Part shown: positions 34,501 through 44,355 of the stretch, in pieces
How the letters are laid out: every line of letters begins with the position of its first letter
Position numbering within the stretch: position 1 is the stretch's first letter
IMG/VR virus record: IMGVR_UViG_3300017917_002108
Coordinates: 1-64,000 of that record
DNA: 64,000 nucleotides
Reading direction: 5' to 3' (one strand)
Source of the DNA: a virus
The notes under the pieces: model-generated
Told to the model about the DNA's origin: nothing
What the model saw: the letters and a program-made list of their open reading frames with translations, nothing else
Databases searched by the model: none
Translations under genes and position numbers: made by a program

Positions 34501-37500
34501 ATGGCACGTAAAATAATTGATATAGGTATTGTCGGCAATGACGGTACTGGTGATAGCATTAGAGATTCGTTTAGAAAAGTAAACGATAATTTTAGAGAAC
34601 TGTATAGTTCTCTCGGTTTAGGCGAGAAGCTGACCTTTATCAACCTCGACGATACTCCTGCAGATTATCTAGGGCAGGAAAATGCTATCTTATCTGTTAA
34701 TAATACTGAAACTGGTCTAGCATTCAAACAACTAGTACCAGGTTCTGGTATCAGCTTGGACTTTGCATCTAATTCCAGCGAAATTCGAATTTCTGCAGAG
34801 TTCTCTAGAGTATCGGCTGATCCTGCTCCGCAACTAGGTGGACCTTTAAATGCCTTTAGCGGTGATACCAGATATGCGATTGCTAATTTGCCGGATCTAA
34901 ACGATCCTGCAGAATTTTCTGCATCTTTCGCTAGAGTCACTAGTATATACGGCACAAACAATAACGTAGACGATCCAGATAGAGTAGCAGTTAATAAAGG
35001 TTACGCAGACAGCAAAATATCTCTAGCAGGTATAGACGGTATAGATCCGGTCACCGGAGATGCTAATCCTGCATTTGGACAGATGTCGGGTCCATTGATT
35101 TTATCTAGAGATCCTATACCAGATGATGATCTTGTTCACAATGGATTGATTGCTGCTACTAAAAGATATGTAGATAATTCCGCATTCGGTAGCAGCGTTA
35201 ATCTTTATGTTGCTACTTCAGGGCAAGATGATAGAATTGGAGTCAGCGCATCCTTACAAGGACGAGCTTTGGCCTATGCCTATAGGACCATTGAAGCTGC
35301 CTGTAAACGAGCAGAAGAAATATTATTAGAATCAAGACTAGAAATAGGTCCTTATAAAAAGCTATTGACCTTTAATCAAGGCGCAGATTTTTGTACTCTA
35401 GCAGGCATCACAGAAGCACCAGCTTCTGGATCTGGTTTCTTGGGTCATGCGTTGATGAGCGTAGATACGGCCACTGTTCGCAACGTTGGTGTGAATTATA
35501 AAATTAACGACATACTAACTATTACAGGGGGCACAGGCACCCAGCCAGCTAGATATCAGGTGCTGTCGATCACAGAAGCAGGCGGCATTATCTCAGTATT
35601 GCAATTGAGTTCTGGAGTCTATACTACATTACCTGGCTCTACAAATGTCGCTACCAGCGATAATAGTGCATTCGGAGACGGAGCAACCTTTGATTTAACC
35701 TATAAAGTAAACAATGTGATAGTAGATGCGGGAGGTAGCGGTTATGGACTGGTATCTGTTCGTATTATTCCTGCACTAGGCGATACCACTGGTTCGGGTG
35801 CTTTTGGAACTGCAGATGTTCTAAGCGGAGTGGTTCAGAGTATAACCATTACTGATCAAGGATCTGGATTTACAGATCTACCATCTGTGATCGTAAATCT
35901 ACCAAGATTCTTAATTAGAACAGATTTTTTTAGAACAGACTTTACCGGAGATGTATTAACCAATACACCCACTGCTATCAGAGGACGAGATATCAGAGAA
36001 GGTCTATATCTTAGAGGCGAGACTTCAGGAGCATTGGCTCAAATTCTAGCTCATCAGGGCGCATTGGACTCTGACGGTAACGAGATTTTTGATGTAGATA
36101 TCAAATACGGTTCATTCCAAGAAGATGAAATTATATCCTATGGCGATGTGGCCAAAAGAACGCAAATATCCATTTTGGTAGAATCTGGAATATATGAAGA
36201 GAATCTACCGATACGAATTCCTACAAATACTTCCATAGTAGGAGATGAATTTAGGCGAGTTATAATCAGACCTAAACCAGGACGTAGTTCAAGTCCTTGG
36301 GCATTTATTCACTTTCGCAGAGATCTCACTGTGGGAGAAAATAATACAGATCTGCTCACAATAGCTGATAGACTATTTGGTTACCACTACCTAACAGACA
36401 GCAGTCAACCTGTTTACCCTATCGTTAATAACAAAGGTTATTATCGTTCGGCAGCACAGCTATTGTACCTTAACAGACAATTCATTCAGAAGGAAGTCAT
36501 TGGTTGGATTGAATATCAGATCCAAAATAATATAGATCCATATACCAGTACCTTTACATATGATGCAGAATTATGTGAAAGAGATGTTGGTTTGATCATA
36601 GATTCTATGATCTTCGATCTCCGATATGGCGGATCGAACAGAAGTATTTCCGCAGCCCTTAAATATTTTGCCAACGCCAGCGGCCTAGTAGCTATTAATG
36701 ATCAATTATCAGAAACTGTAGCGGGTATAAGAAGAATTAATACTTTGGCTCAACTAGTGATTAGAAATGTAGAAGTTACAGAAATATATCAGACATCTAT
36801 CCCTCAGATCATAGACGGCGCATACATCTCCGAAGTGGGTGCGGGAGGATCATCCATTAATATATCACTGGTGACTAGCGCCAATCCTGTAGTAATCACT
36901 GCCAGCACTGCTCACGGATTATCCAACGGAGATCAAGTCTTAATCAGCGAAGTTGGCGGGACCACCGCTATCAACGGCAATGATTACTATGTTGATGTTA
37001 TCGACACAACATCATTCTATCTATACAATGATCTTGCTCTTACTGATGCAGTCGATGGTACAAACTTCGCTGCCTATACCACCGGTGGTTACATAACAAA
37101 CAACGGAGGAGTAATTGGAGCACTGACTGATCTTATAATTGATGTTATCAGTGGTTCTGCTTCTGTAAATTATCCTAAGAACAATAACGAAATGGATGTG
37201 TTCTTGTGCAATGATGCGGTTAGATTTCAAGCAGTTACCTTCCAAGGCCACGGCGGGTTTGCCATGGTGCTGGATCCGGAAGGACAGATCCTTGCTAAAT
37301 CTCCCTACGCACAGGAATGTGCATCATTTTCAAGAAGTACAGGACGTCAGACATTTGCTGGCGGTCAATATGTAGACGGTTTCACAGGAAATCTAAAATT
37401 TCGAATTCTAAGTAAAGATAGTAATACTTTTCTAAGAGTTGGTGATCTACGAAGATTACCACAATTGCCTGCTTCATTCATTGTTCGAGACACAGTATAT

Positions 37501-40500
37501 AGAATCAACTATGTTAGAGATTATGTATTTCATCCGTCCGGATCAACAGCATCTCTAGTATTAGACGAATCAACTCCTTGGCCATTTGATATATTCACAT
37601 ATAATTCTGCTATCTGTAGTAGAGATGTGGGATTAATCATAGACGGTCTAGGATATGATATAGTTCTAAATACAAACTATCATTCTAGAAAATCAGGTCT
37701 AAGTTATAGACAGGCTAATGCATCAGTGGTCATTGAAGACCAATTACAACTAACATTAGATGCTATATCCTATGCACATACCACAGCATTTGGCCTGTTA
37801 GATTCTTATCCGGCGGCACAGTCTACCGTACAATCCAGTGAACTAATAATTCTAGATATCGTAGAAAACGGTACGACATTTGCCCCTGCTCTAATTATCA
37901 CAGCTCCTACAGGTTTATCAGCTAATCTAGTCAAAGCTAAAAATCAATTAGAAAATAATATAGCTTATATAAAGGCAGAAGTTTTAGGATATATGAATAC
38001 CACATATCCAGCGTTGGGTCTAGATGAAGATAGATTTAATACCGATATTCAATATATCATAGAAGGTTTGATCTATGACCTAACCTATGGCGGAAACAGC
38101 GAAACTAGAAAATCTGGTTTGAGATTTTACGATGGAGTAGGTTCTGCCGTAGCTTTACAGATTCCTTCCGGTCAGTTAATTGAAACAAGTCAAGGTGTAT
38201 TGTATGCCAGCTATCTAGCACAACAAGTTGTTCGAAACCTTGCACCTGCGGTGACCTATTCGGCTGTTCCCAGAACTTCTGGCGCAGCAGCATCTGCCAC
38301 AGAGGCTACTTTAATAAACACCTTAGTGGCCAATGTCAACGGCATTCTACTAGGAGGTCCGGGTGCCGCGGCTGCTGAAGTGCTGCCGGACCTTACCGCT
38401 TATCCTTATACGGTCAACGATCTTAATGCTAGAACTATTCTTGTAACAGAAAAGTCAGATATACAACAGGCAGTGATAGATTATGTTGACGAAAACGCCA
38501 ATGTATATGAGGTATTGATGCCGGGCAATAGATCTATGTTAAGCAATGACTTTACACAGATCAATGACCTCGGTTATGGTATTGTGGTAAACAATGGAGG
38601 TCTGATAGAGGCTGTTTCTATGTTTACCTACTACTGCCATATATCATATTATTCTATGGGTGGTGGTCAGATACGTTCAGTGGCTGGATCTAGTGCTCAT
38701 GGAAATTATGCACTAGTGGCACAGGGTGCGGACCCACTAGAAGTTCCTACTCCGGTTACACTGTATTATAATCTAGCACAGGGCATAACCTGTTACTTTC
38801 CCTCTGGCTCATATGCTAACGCTGTAAGTGGGTTGGTTATCTTTGTTACCTACGATGACTATGTGCCTCTCGACGTCAGCGAATTAGAAATTGACCACGG
38901 ACTAGGCCAGGTGTATAGGTATCCAGTAGTATCTGTCAGCACTGCTGATCTTCCTGCAGGCGTTGCTAGACTGGGTCTAAGAAGCAGTGAGGGCACAGGA
39001 GTAGATGGACTTGCAGCAGTAGTACCAAACGGTACTAGAATGACCATAAGACAGAATGCACAGGTAGTACTCACAGGAGATGTAGTACAAGTGGCTGTGC
39101 GTCCTTCGACCGGTCTGGTACTTGCAGAAAGCGTAGATGTTTATCGTATTCTCCAGTTTGAAAATTATACTGATCCCGCCGGGGGAAGAATATTCACTAT
39201 CTCTATAGCATCACCTGCGGTAATTACCAGAACCTCACATGGTTTGAGGCCAGGTTATCAGATCAGTTTAACTACTACGGGAACACTTCCAACTGGGGTA
39301 GACACCTTAACTACTTATTATGTTGTATCTGATGGTTTCACAGCTAATTCTTTTAGAATTTCAACGACAAAAAACGGTTCTCCCATAACTACTTCAGGCT
39401 CACAATCAGGAGTTCATAGCTATATTGTAGAAGGACTGGCAAGAACTACTTTAAGAGAAAACTATAACTATGTCGATTTATCTCTGTGGAGCACACAAGA
39501 GTATAGTGGTTCGACTAACACCTGTACTATTACCATAGCGGCACCGGCTGTGGTCACCTGTGCCAGTCACGGATTTATTGCAGGGGATGTCATAAGATTT
39601 ACAACCACGGGCACATTGCCTGGTGGTATGAGTACGAATAAACATTATTTCGTCACTGCTACTCCGAGTCCGAACACATTTAGATTCACTGATGTGGCCA
39701 CAGGTGCAGGGGTTGATCTTGATACCTTTGGTACACAATCGGGTACTCATAGTGTAGGAAAAGTCAAAGGCTATGCCGGCGATAATGTATTGGCTATAAC
39801 TGCGCTAGGTACAGCTGATGCAGAAAGAGTTCTCAATACTAAATTTGTATGGAAAGGAACCACTCACACAGTAATTTCATACGAAAACGAAACTGTTACT
39901 GGTCAGCCTTATGCTAGAATAACCATAAGTCCTGCATTGTCTGACAGTGTGGTATATTTTACGTACCTTCCTACTTTAAAATCTGCTACATTAAAAGATG
40001 AACCGGGTACACTAACTATTAGAATTTCTTTAACTCGTGTTACATCACACGATTTATTAGAAATTGGTACAGGTTCTTATGCAGATACTAATTATCCTAA
40101 CGAAATCTATGGTCCTCCGGTAAATTCAATCAACGATGCCAATGAAACAGAAGAGCGAGGGGTTGGTCGAGTTTTCTATGTTACTACTGATCAATTTGGT
40201 AACTTCTCAGTAGGTCCATATTTCCGTGTAGACCAAGGCACTGGTACTGTTACTTTTGCAGCAGCTATCGCTCTAAGTAACCTAGATGGTATCGGTTTTA
40301 AACGTGGTGTACCAGTTTCAGAATTCTCTACAGACACTGGATTTTCGGATAACGCCACAGATACTGTACCTACAGAAAATGCCACTAGAGGTTATTTAGA
40401 TCGACGTTTGGGTCTTAGCCATACTGGAGATATAGTATCAGCTACTAGCCTTATTCCTGCGATAACAGGCGGATTCATGTCCTTAGACGGTCAACTGAGC

Positions 40501-41907
40501 ATGAAGGCCAATATGGATTTGGGCGGTAATAAAATAGAAAATCTCGGTGATCCTATTGGTCCTACAGATGCTGTGAACCTCCGAAGCCTTGTAGCGTCAA
40601 ATTTCCAAGAATTTACAGTGGTTGACCCCCGGGCTGGGGATCTATTGGTTTATACAGGGGCGGGCAACGATGCAGAAAATGCTTCAGTTGTAGGTGATAT
40701 TAGCCTAAGCCTGGACAGCACTGCGCATACTATTTCTGCACAGATCACACCGGGTGTCATAGTTAACACAGATATTAATTCAGCAGCAGCGATTTCTCAG
40801 AGCAAATTAAGTCTGCAGGCAGCCACTACCAGAGCTAATGCCACAGGTATCACACAAGCTGATAGAGGATTAGTGAGTTTTGATAGTGCTCAATTTGATG
40901 TTACAAGTGGTTGGGTCACCCTAAAAGATAATGGTATTACCCTAACAGATCTGCCACAGATAGCCACTAAAACTGTGTTAGGTAATTCAACTTTAATCAC
41001 AGGCAATGTCAGCGCAGTACCTTTCAGTGATGTGGTCAATGACGGTGGTGCTGTCAAGAAAAGTCAATACAGCAGCGGTACTGGATATCTCCGCAGAATT
41101 GGTTTTACATTTAACAACGACGGTGATTATTCTATTGTAGACGAATCCAGTGCTAACACACCCAGTACTTTGGTCAAGCGTGACAGCAACGGTGATTTCT
41201 CAGCCAGAAATGTCAGTGTAGAAAGATTGGTAGTAGATACAAAAACAGTATTAGATACCACAACTTCAGCCACCGGTGGTTACACTCAGGTATATGGTTT
41301 CACTGGCCAAGTAGGTATATTGATAGGCGACGGTTCAGTAGCCACAGATAAACGTTCATTTTATGATAATGACGGTCATGCATTTAGAACACAAAATGGA
41401 TTGGCCTATGCTCCTATAACCTGTTCTAGCGTACAGGCCACAGTATTAACTACTGGATCTACTGCTACAGCAGGAACAGTAACAGGCACATGGAGTCTCA
41501 GCTCAGGATCACGGTTCCAGGCTACCTATGCTGACCTAGCAGAGTACTACGAAGGCGATAAAGACTATGAAGTAGGAACTGTGTTGGTATTCGGTGGCGA
41601 AAAAGAAGTTACAGTTACAACAATGAAAATGGACAGCAGAGTGGCCGGAGTGGTCAGTGATACTGCGGCCTATACCATGAATTCAGCCTGTCCAGGATCA
41701 AAGAATTTAATTGCCTTGCAAGGTAGAGTAAAATGTAAGGTCGTAGGCAGGATCCGTAAAGGAGACATATTAGTCACTACCAGTATACCTGGTGTAGCAG
41801 GATTACCAGAAAGTCAGGCCCAGGCAGGAACTATAATCGGTAAGGCTCTACAAGACTATGATTCAGATCACATTGGCACCATTGAGGTAGCCGTAGGAAG
41901 GACATAA
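34501..41907 (+). CDS. Giant tail/baseplate structural protein (2468 aa)
   Basis: N-terminal IDIG..NDGTGDSIRDSFRKVNDNF module; RDVGLIID repeats; H-G-L/F beta-sandwich repeats; C-terminal ADLAEYY chaperone/autocleavage-like domain. Confidence 0.85.
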   Translation: MARKIIDIGIVGNDGTGDSIRDSFRKVNDNFRELYSSLGLGEKLTFINLDDTPADYLGQENAILSVNNTETGLAFKQLVPGSGISLDFASNSSEIRISAEFSRVSADPAPQLGGPLNAFSGDTRYAIANLPDLNDPAEFSASFARVTSIYGTNNNVDDPDRVAVNKGYADSKISLAGIDGIDPVTGDANPAFGQMSGPLILSRDPIPDDDLVHNGLIAATKRYVDNSAFGSSVNLYVATSGQDDRIGVSASLQGRALAYAYRTIEAACKRAEEILLESRLEIGPYKKLLTFNQGADFCTLAGITEAPASGSGFLGHALMSVDTATVRNVGVNYKINDILTITGGTGTQPARYQVLSITEAGGIISVLQLSSGVYTTLPGSTNVATSDNSAFGDGATFDLTYKVNNVIVDAGGSGYGLVSVRIIPALGDTTGSGAFGTADVLSGVVQSITITDQGSGFTDLPSVIVNLPRFLIRTDFFRTDFTGDVLTNTPTAIRGRDIREGLYLRGETSGALAQILAHQGALDSDGNEIFDVDIKYGSFQEDEIISYGDVAKRTQISILVESGIYEENLPIRIPTNTSIVGDEFRRVIIRPKPGRSSSPWAFIHFRRDLTVGENNTDLLTIADRLFGYHYLTDSSQPVYPIVNNKGYYRSAAQLLYLNRQFIQKEVIGWIEYQIQNNIDPYTSTFTYDAELCERDVGLIIDSMIFDLRYGGSNRSISAALKYFANASGLVAINDQLSETVAGIRRINTLAQLVIRNVEVTEIYQTSIPQIIDGAYISEVGAGGSSINISLVTSANPVVITASTAHGLSNGDQVLISEVGGTTAINGNDYYVDVIDTTSFYLYNDLALTDAVDGTNFAAYTTGGYITNNGGVIGALTDLIIDVISGSASVNYPKNNNEMDVFLCNDAVRFQAVTFQGHGGFAMVLDPEGQILAKSPYAQECASFSRSTGRQTFAGGQYVDGFTGNLKFRILSKDSNTFLRVGDLRRLPQLPASFIVRDTVYRINYVRDYVFHPSGSTASLVLDESTPWPFDIFTYNSAICSRDVGLIIDGLGYDIVLNTNYHSRKSGLSYRQANASVVIEDQLQLTLDAISYAHTTAFGLLDSYPAAQSTVQSSELIILDIVENGTTFAPALIITAPTGLSANLVKAKNQLENNIAYIKAEVLGYMNTTYPALGLDEDRFNTDIQYIIEGLIYDLTYGGNSETRKSGLRFYDGVGSAVALQIPSGQLIETSQGVLYASYLAQQVVRNLAPAVTYSAVPRTSGAAASATEATLINTLVANVNGILLGGPGAAAAEVLPDLTAYPYTVNDLNARTILVTEKSDIQQAVIDYVDENANVYEVLMPGNRSMLSNDFTQINDLGYGIVVNNGGLIEAVSMFTYYCHISYYSMGGGQIRSVAGSSAHGNYALVAQGADPLEVPTPVTLYYNLAQGITCYFPSGSYANAVSGLVIFVTYDDYVPLDVSELEIDHGLGQVYRYPVVSVSTADLPAGVARLGLRSSEGTGVDGLAAVVPNGTRMTIRQNAQVVLTGDVVQVAVRPSTGLVLAESVDVYRILQFENYTDPAGGRIFTISIASPAVITRTSHGLRPGYQISLTTTGTLPTGVDTLTTYYVVSDGFTANSFRISTTKNGSPITTSGSQSGVHSYIVEGLARTTLRENYNYVDLSLWSTQEYSGSTNTCTITIAAPAVVTCASHGFIAGDVIRFTTTGTLPGGMSTNKHYFVTATPSPNTFRFTDVATGAGVDLDTFGTQSGTHSVGKVKGYAGDNVLAITALGTADAERVLNTKFVWKGTTHTVISYENETVTGQPYARITISPALSDSVVYFTYLPTLKSATLKDEPGTLTIRISLTRVTSHDLLEIGTGSYADTNYPNEIYGPPVNSINDANETEERGVGRVFYVTTDQFGNFSVGPYFRVDQGTGTVTFAAAIALSNLDGIGFKRGVPVSEFSTDTGFSDNATDTVPTENATRGYLDRRLGLSHTGDIVSATSLIPAITGGFMSLDGQLSMKANMDLGGNKIENLGDPIGPTDAVNLRSLVASNFQEFTVVDPRAGDLLVYTGAGNDAENASVVGDISLSLDSTAHTISAQITPGVIVNTDINSAAAISQSKLSLQAATTRANATGITQADRGLVSFDSAQFDVTSGWVTLKDNGITLTDLPQIATKTVLGNSTLITGNVSAVPFSDVVNDGGAVKKSQYSSGTGYLRRIGFTFNNDGDYSIVDESSANTPSTLVKRDSNGDFSARNVSVERLVVDTKTVLDTTTSATGGYTQVYGFTGQVGILIGDGSVATDKRSFYDNDGHAFRTQNGLAYAPITCSSVQATVLTTGSTATAGTVTGTWSLSSGSRFQATYADLAEYYEGDKDYEVGTVLVFGGEKEVTVTTMKMDSRVAGVVSDTAAYTMNSACPGSKNLIALQGRVKCKVVGRIRKGDILVTTSIPGVAGLPESQAQAGTIIGKALQDYDSDHIGTIEVAVGRT

Positions 41908-44354
41908 TGGCACGAAGAACAATAGACCCCAAAAAGGCTCCGATATTATGGAGTACCATAGATCAGGCCTTCGAGGATATCAATTTAAATTTTACTGAGC
42001 TTTATGCTACAGTTGGAGGTCCCGGGGGTGTTGTTGATTTTGGTTCTCTTCCGACCGACGTTATCCCCAGCGATAGCGGAACCTACGATATAGGTTCTCC
42101 TACAAAACGTTGGAGAGATCTTTATCTCACTGGTTCAACCATTTATCTAGGATCGGCTGTTATTTCGTCAGTGGACGGGAAAGTTAATCTTCCTCCCGGA
42201 AGTTCTATTGGAGGATCAATATTAGATCAAGAATATTTTAGATCTATAGCGGTAGTTGGACAAACAGACATCGTAGCAGACGCAGGCGGCAACGATGTTT
42301 TAAATATAGCGTCCGGTAGTGGTATTTCTATAACTACAAATGCTAGTACTGATACATTGACCTTTACCAACAGCGGAGTAACATCCGCTATTGCTGGAAC
42401 TGGAATAAGCGTAAACACAGCTTCAGGAGCAGTTACATTTACTAATTCCGGAGTAACAGGTCTAGTCCAAGGCGCAGGTATAAGCGTCAGTGCTGCTACA
42501 GGAAATATTACCGTGGCCAACACTGGTGTGCTCAGTGTTGTAACAGATCCTGGATCTGGTATTACTCTAGATACCACAGTACCCGGAGTGGTTCGTGTAA
42601 CCAACAGTGCGCCAAATACCACTCAGAATTTATATAGAAATATCGCAGTTTCCGGACAGGTCACTCTTATTGCTGGAGATCCATTAGCGACATTGACATT
42701 AGTCAATGGTAACGGTATCAATATAACCACAACACCCGCCAGTGATTCTATTACAGTAACCAATACAGGTGTAACTAGTCTGGCTGTGTCTGCTCCAGGT
42801 CTAAGTATCACGGGTAGCACAGGTAGTTTAACTTTATCTAACACAGGTGTTACCGCTATATCAGCGGGTAATGGGATTTCTACTATTAACACTAGCACAG
42901 GTACAGTTGTTATTTCTAATACCAGATTCGGATTTACCAATATAGCGGTCACAGGCCAAAATCCCATCCAGGCAGACAACACCACAGATACATTTACTTT
43001 GATCGCAGGTGACGGTGTTGTGTTGACCACCAACGATGTCAATGACAGTTTGACCATAGACGTTAATTATGTCAAGGGAAATGTGTATTCCGAAAGTTCT
43101 ACAGTTTTAGTCAATGCTGCTCTAGGTAAAATTGTAGGCGACATAGAAACAGGTTCATTGAGAACATCTGCTACCGAAATAGCCTTAGGCGATGGGGCTG
43201 GTGAAGCTAACCAAGGATTTGCCGGTGTTGCCATAGGTAGATATGCTGGGGGATCCTCGCAGGGTAATAGATCGACCGCAGTTGGATTCAGTGCTGGTTC
43301 CTATTCTCAAGCAGCCTATTCTTTGGCTGTGGGCGATTCTGCAGGTAACATAAATCAAGGAACTAGATCAGTAGCTCTAGGAACACAAGCTGGTCAAAGT
43401 AATCAAGGCACCGCAGCAGTAGCCATTGGATATTCTGCAGGAGTGAATAACCAACCCGCAAACAGTATTATTATAAATGCTAGCGGAGTTGCACTAAACG
43501 GTAGTGCCTCAGGATTCTATGTAAATCCTGTGAGAGAGGTTACTGGTCCACAGGTTCTATATTATAATCCTTCTGACAAAGAAATAACATGGGGTCCTGT
43601 GCCAGCAGGAGGATCAGGAGGCAGCGGCGGTGGTGATTTTGAACTTAATGTTGCTGCAGACGATTCGACCATAAGAAGAATCTTCAACGGAGAAACATTA
43701 AAATTCGTAGGTGCATCTGGTATTAGTACAGCCACCGACGGTGAAGGCAAAGTAACTATCACAGGTCCGTCATTGTCCACTGTGGCCAATACTGGCAGTT
43801 ATAATGACCTTTTGAATTTACCCTCTATCCCAGCAGCCTACTCAGCTACCAGCATAGATGCACTATCAGACGTAGACACTTCCACTACACCGCCAACCAA
43901 TGGACAAAGCCTAGTATGGAGTTCTGTCAGCAGTAAATGGCTGCCCAGCACGATCAGTGGAGGTGGAGGTAGTCTACAATCAAGATCAACCGTTGGCACT
44001 TCGACAACTAATTTGGCCAATGGTGCTACCGGTAATATTACTATCACAGGTTATAAAGGATACATGTTGTATAAGATACAGACATCTGCAGCATCATGGG
44101 TTAGAATTTATACTGATTCAGCATCTCGAGCAGCAGATGCTTCTAGAGTAGAAGGTTCTGATCCTTTACCAGGATCAGGAGTTATAGCAGAAGTCATTAC
44201 TACAGGATCTCAAACAGTCTTAGTAAGTCCGGGAACCATAGGTTTCAGCAATGAATCAAGTCCTTCTACAAATATAGAAGTGGCTGTTACCAACAAGAGT
44301 GGTATCACTACAAATATCACTGTTACCCTTACTGTGGTACAGCTAGAGGCCTAA
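41907..44354 (+). CDS. Tail fibre-like protein
   Basis: GVTS..AG.GI repeats; YDIGSPTKRWRDLYL; YadA-head-like AIG..AG repeats; LSDVD motif. Confidence 0.85.
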   Translation: MARRTIDPKKAPILWSTIDQAFEDINLNFTELYATVGGPGGVVDFGSLPTDVIPSDSGTYDIGSPTKRWRDLYLTGSTIYLGSAVISSVDGKVNLPPGSSIGGSILDQEYFRSIAVVGQTDIVADAGGNDVLNIASGSGISITTNASTDTLTFTNSGVTSAIAGTGISVNTASGAVTFTNSGVTGLVQGAGISVSAATGNITVANTGVLSVVTDPGSGITLDTTVPGVVRVTNSAPNTTQNLYRNIAVSGQVTLIAGDPLATLTLVNGNGINITTTPASDSITVTNTGVTSLAVSAPGLSITGSTGSLTLSNTGVTAISAGNGISTINTSTGTVVISNTRFGFTNIAVTGQNPIQADNTTDTFTLIAGDGVVLTTNDVNDSLTIDVNYVKGNVYSESSTVLVNAALGKIVGDIETGSLRTSATEIALGDGAGEANQGFAGVAIGRYAGGSSQGNRSTAVGFSAGSYSQAAYSLAVGDSAGNINQGTRSVALGTQAGQSNQGTAAVAIGYSAGVNNQPANSIIINASGVALNGSASGFYVNPVREVTGPQVLYYNPSDKEITWGPVPAGGSGGSGGGDFELNVAADDSTIRRIFNGETLKFVGASGISTATDGEGKVTITGPSLSTVANTGSYNDLLNLPSIPAAYSATSIDALSDVDTSTTPPTNGQSLVWSSVSSKWLPSTISGGGGSLQSRSTVGTSTTNLANGATGNITITGYKGYMLYKIQTSAASWVRIYTDSASRAADASRVEGSDPLPGSGVIAEVITTGSQTVLVSPGTIGFSNESSPSTNIEVAVTNKSGITTNITVTLTVVQLEA

Positions 44355-44355
44355 G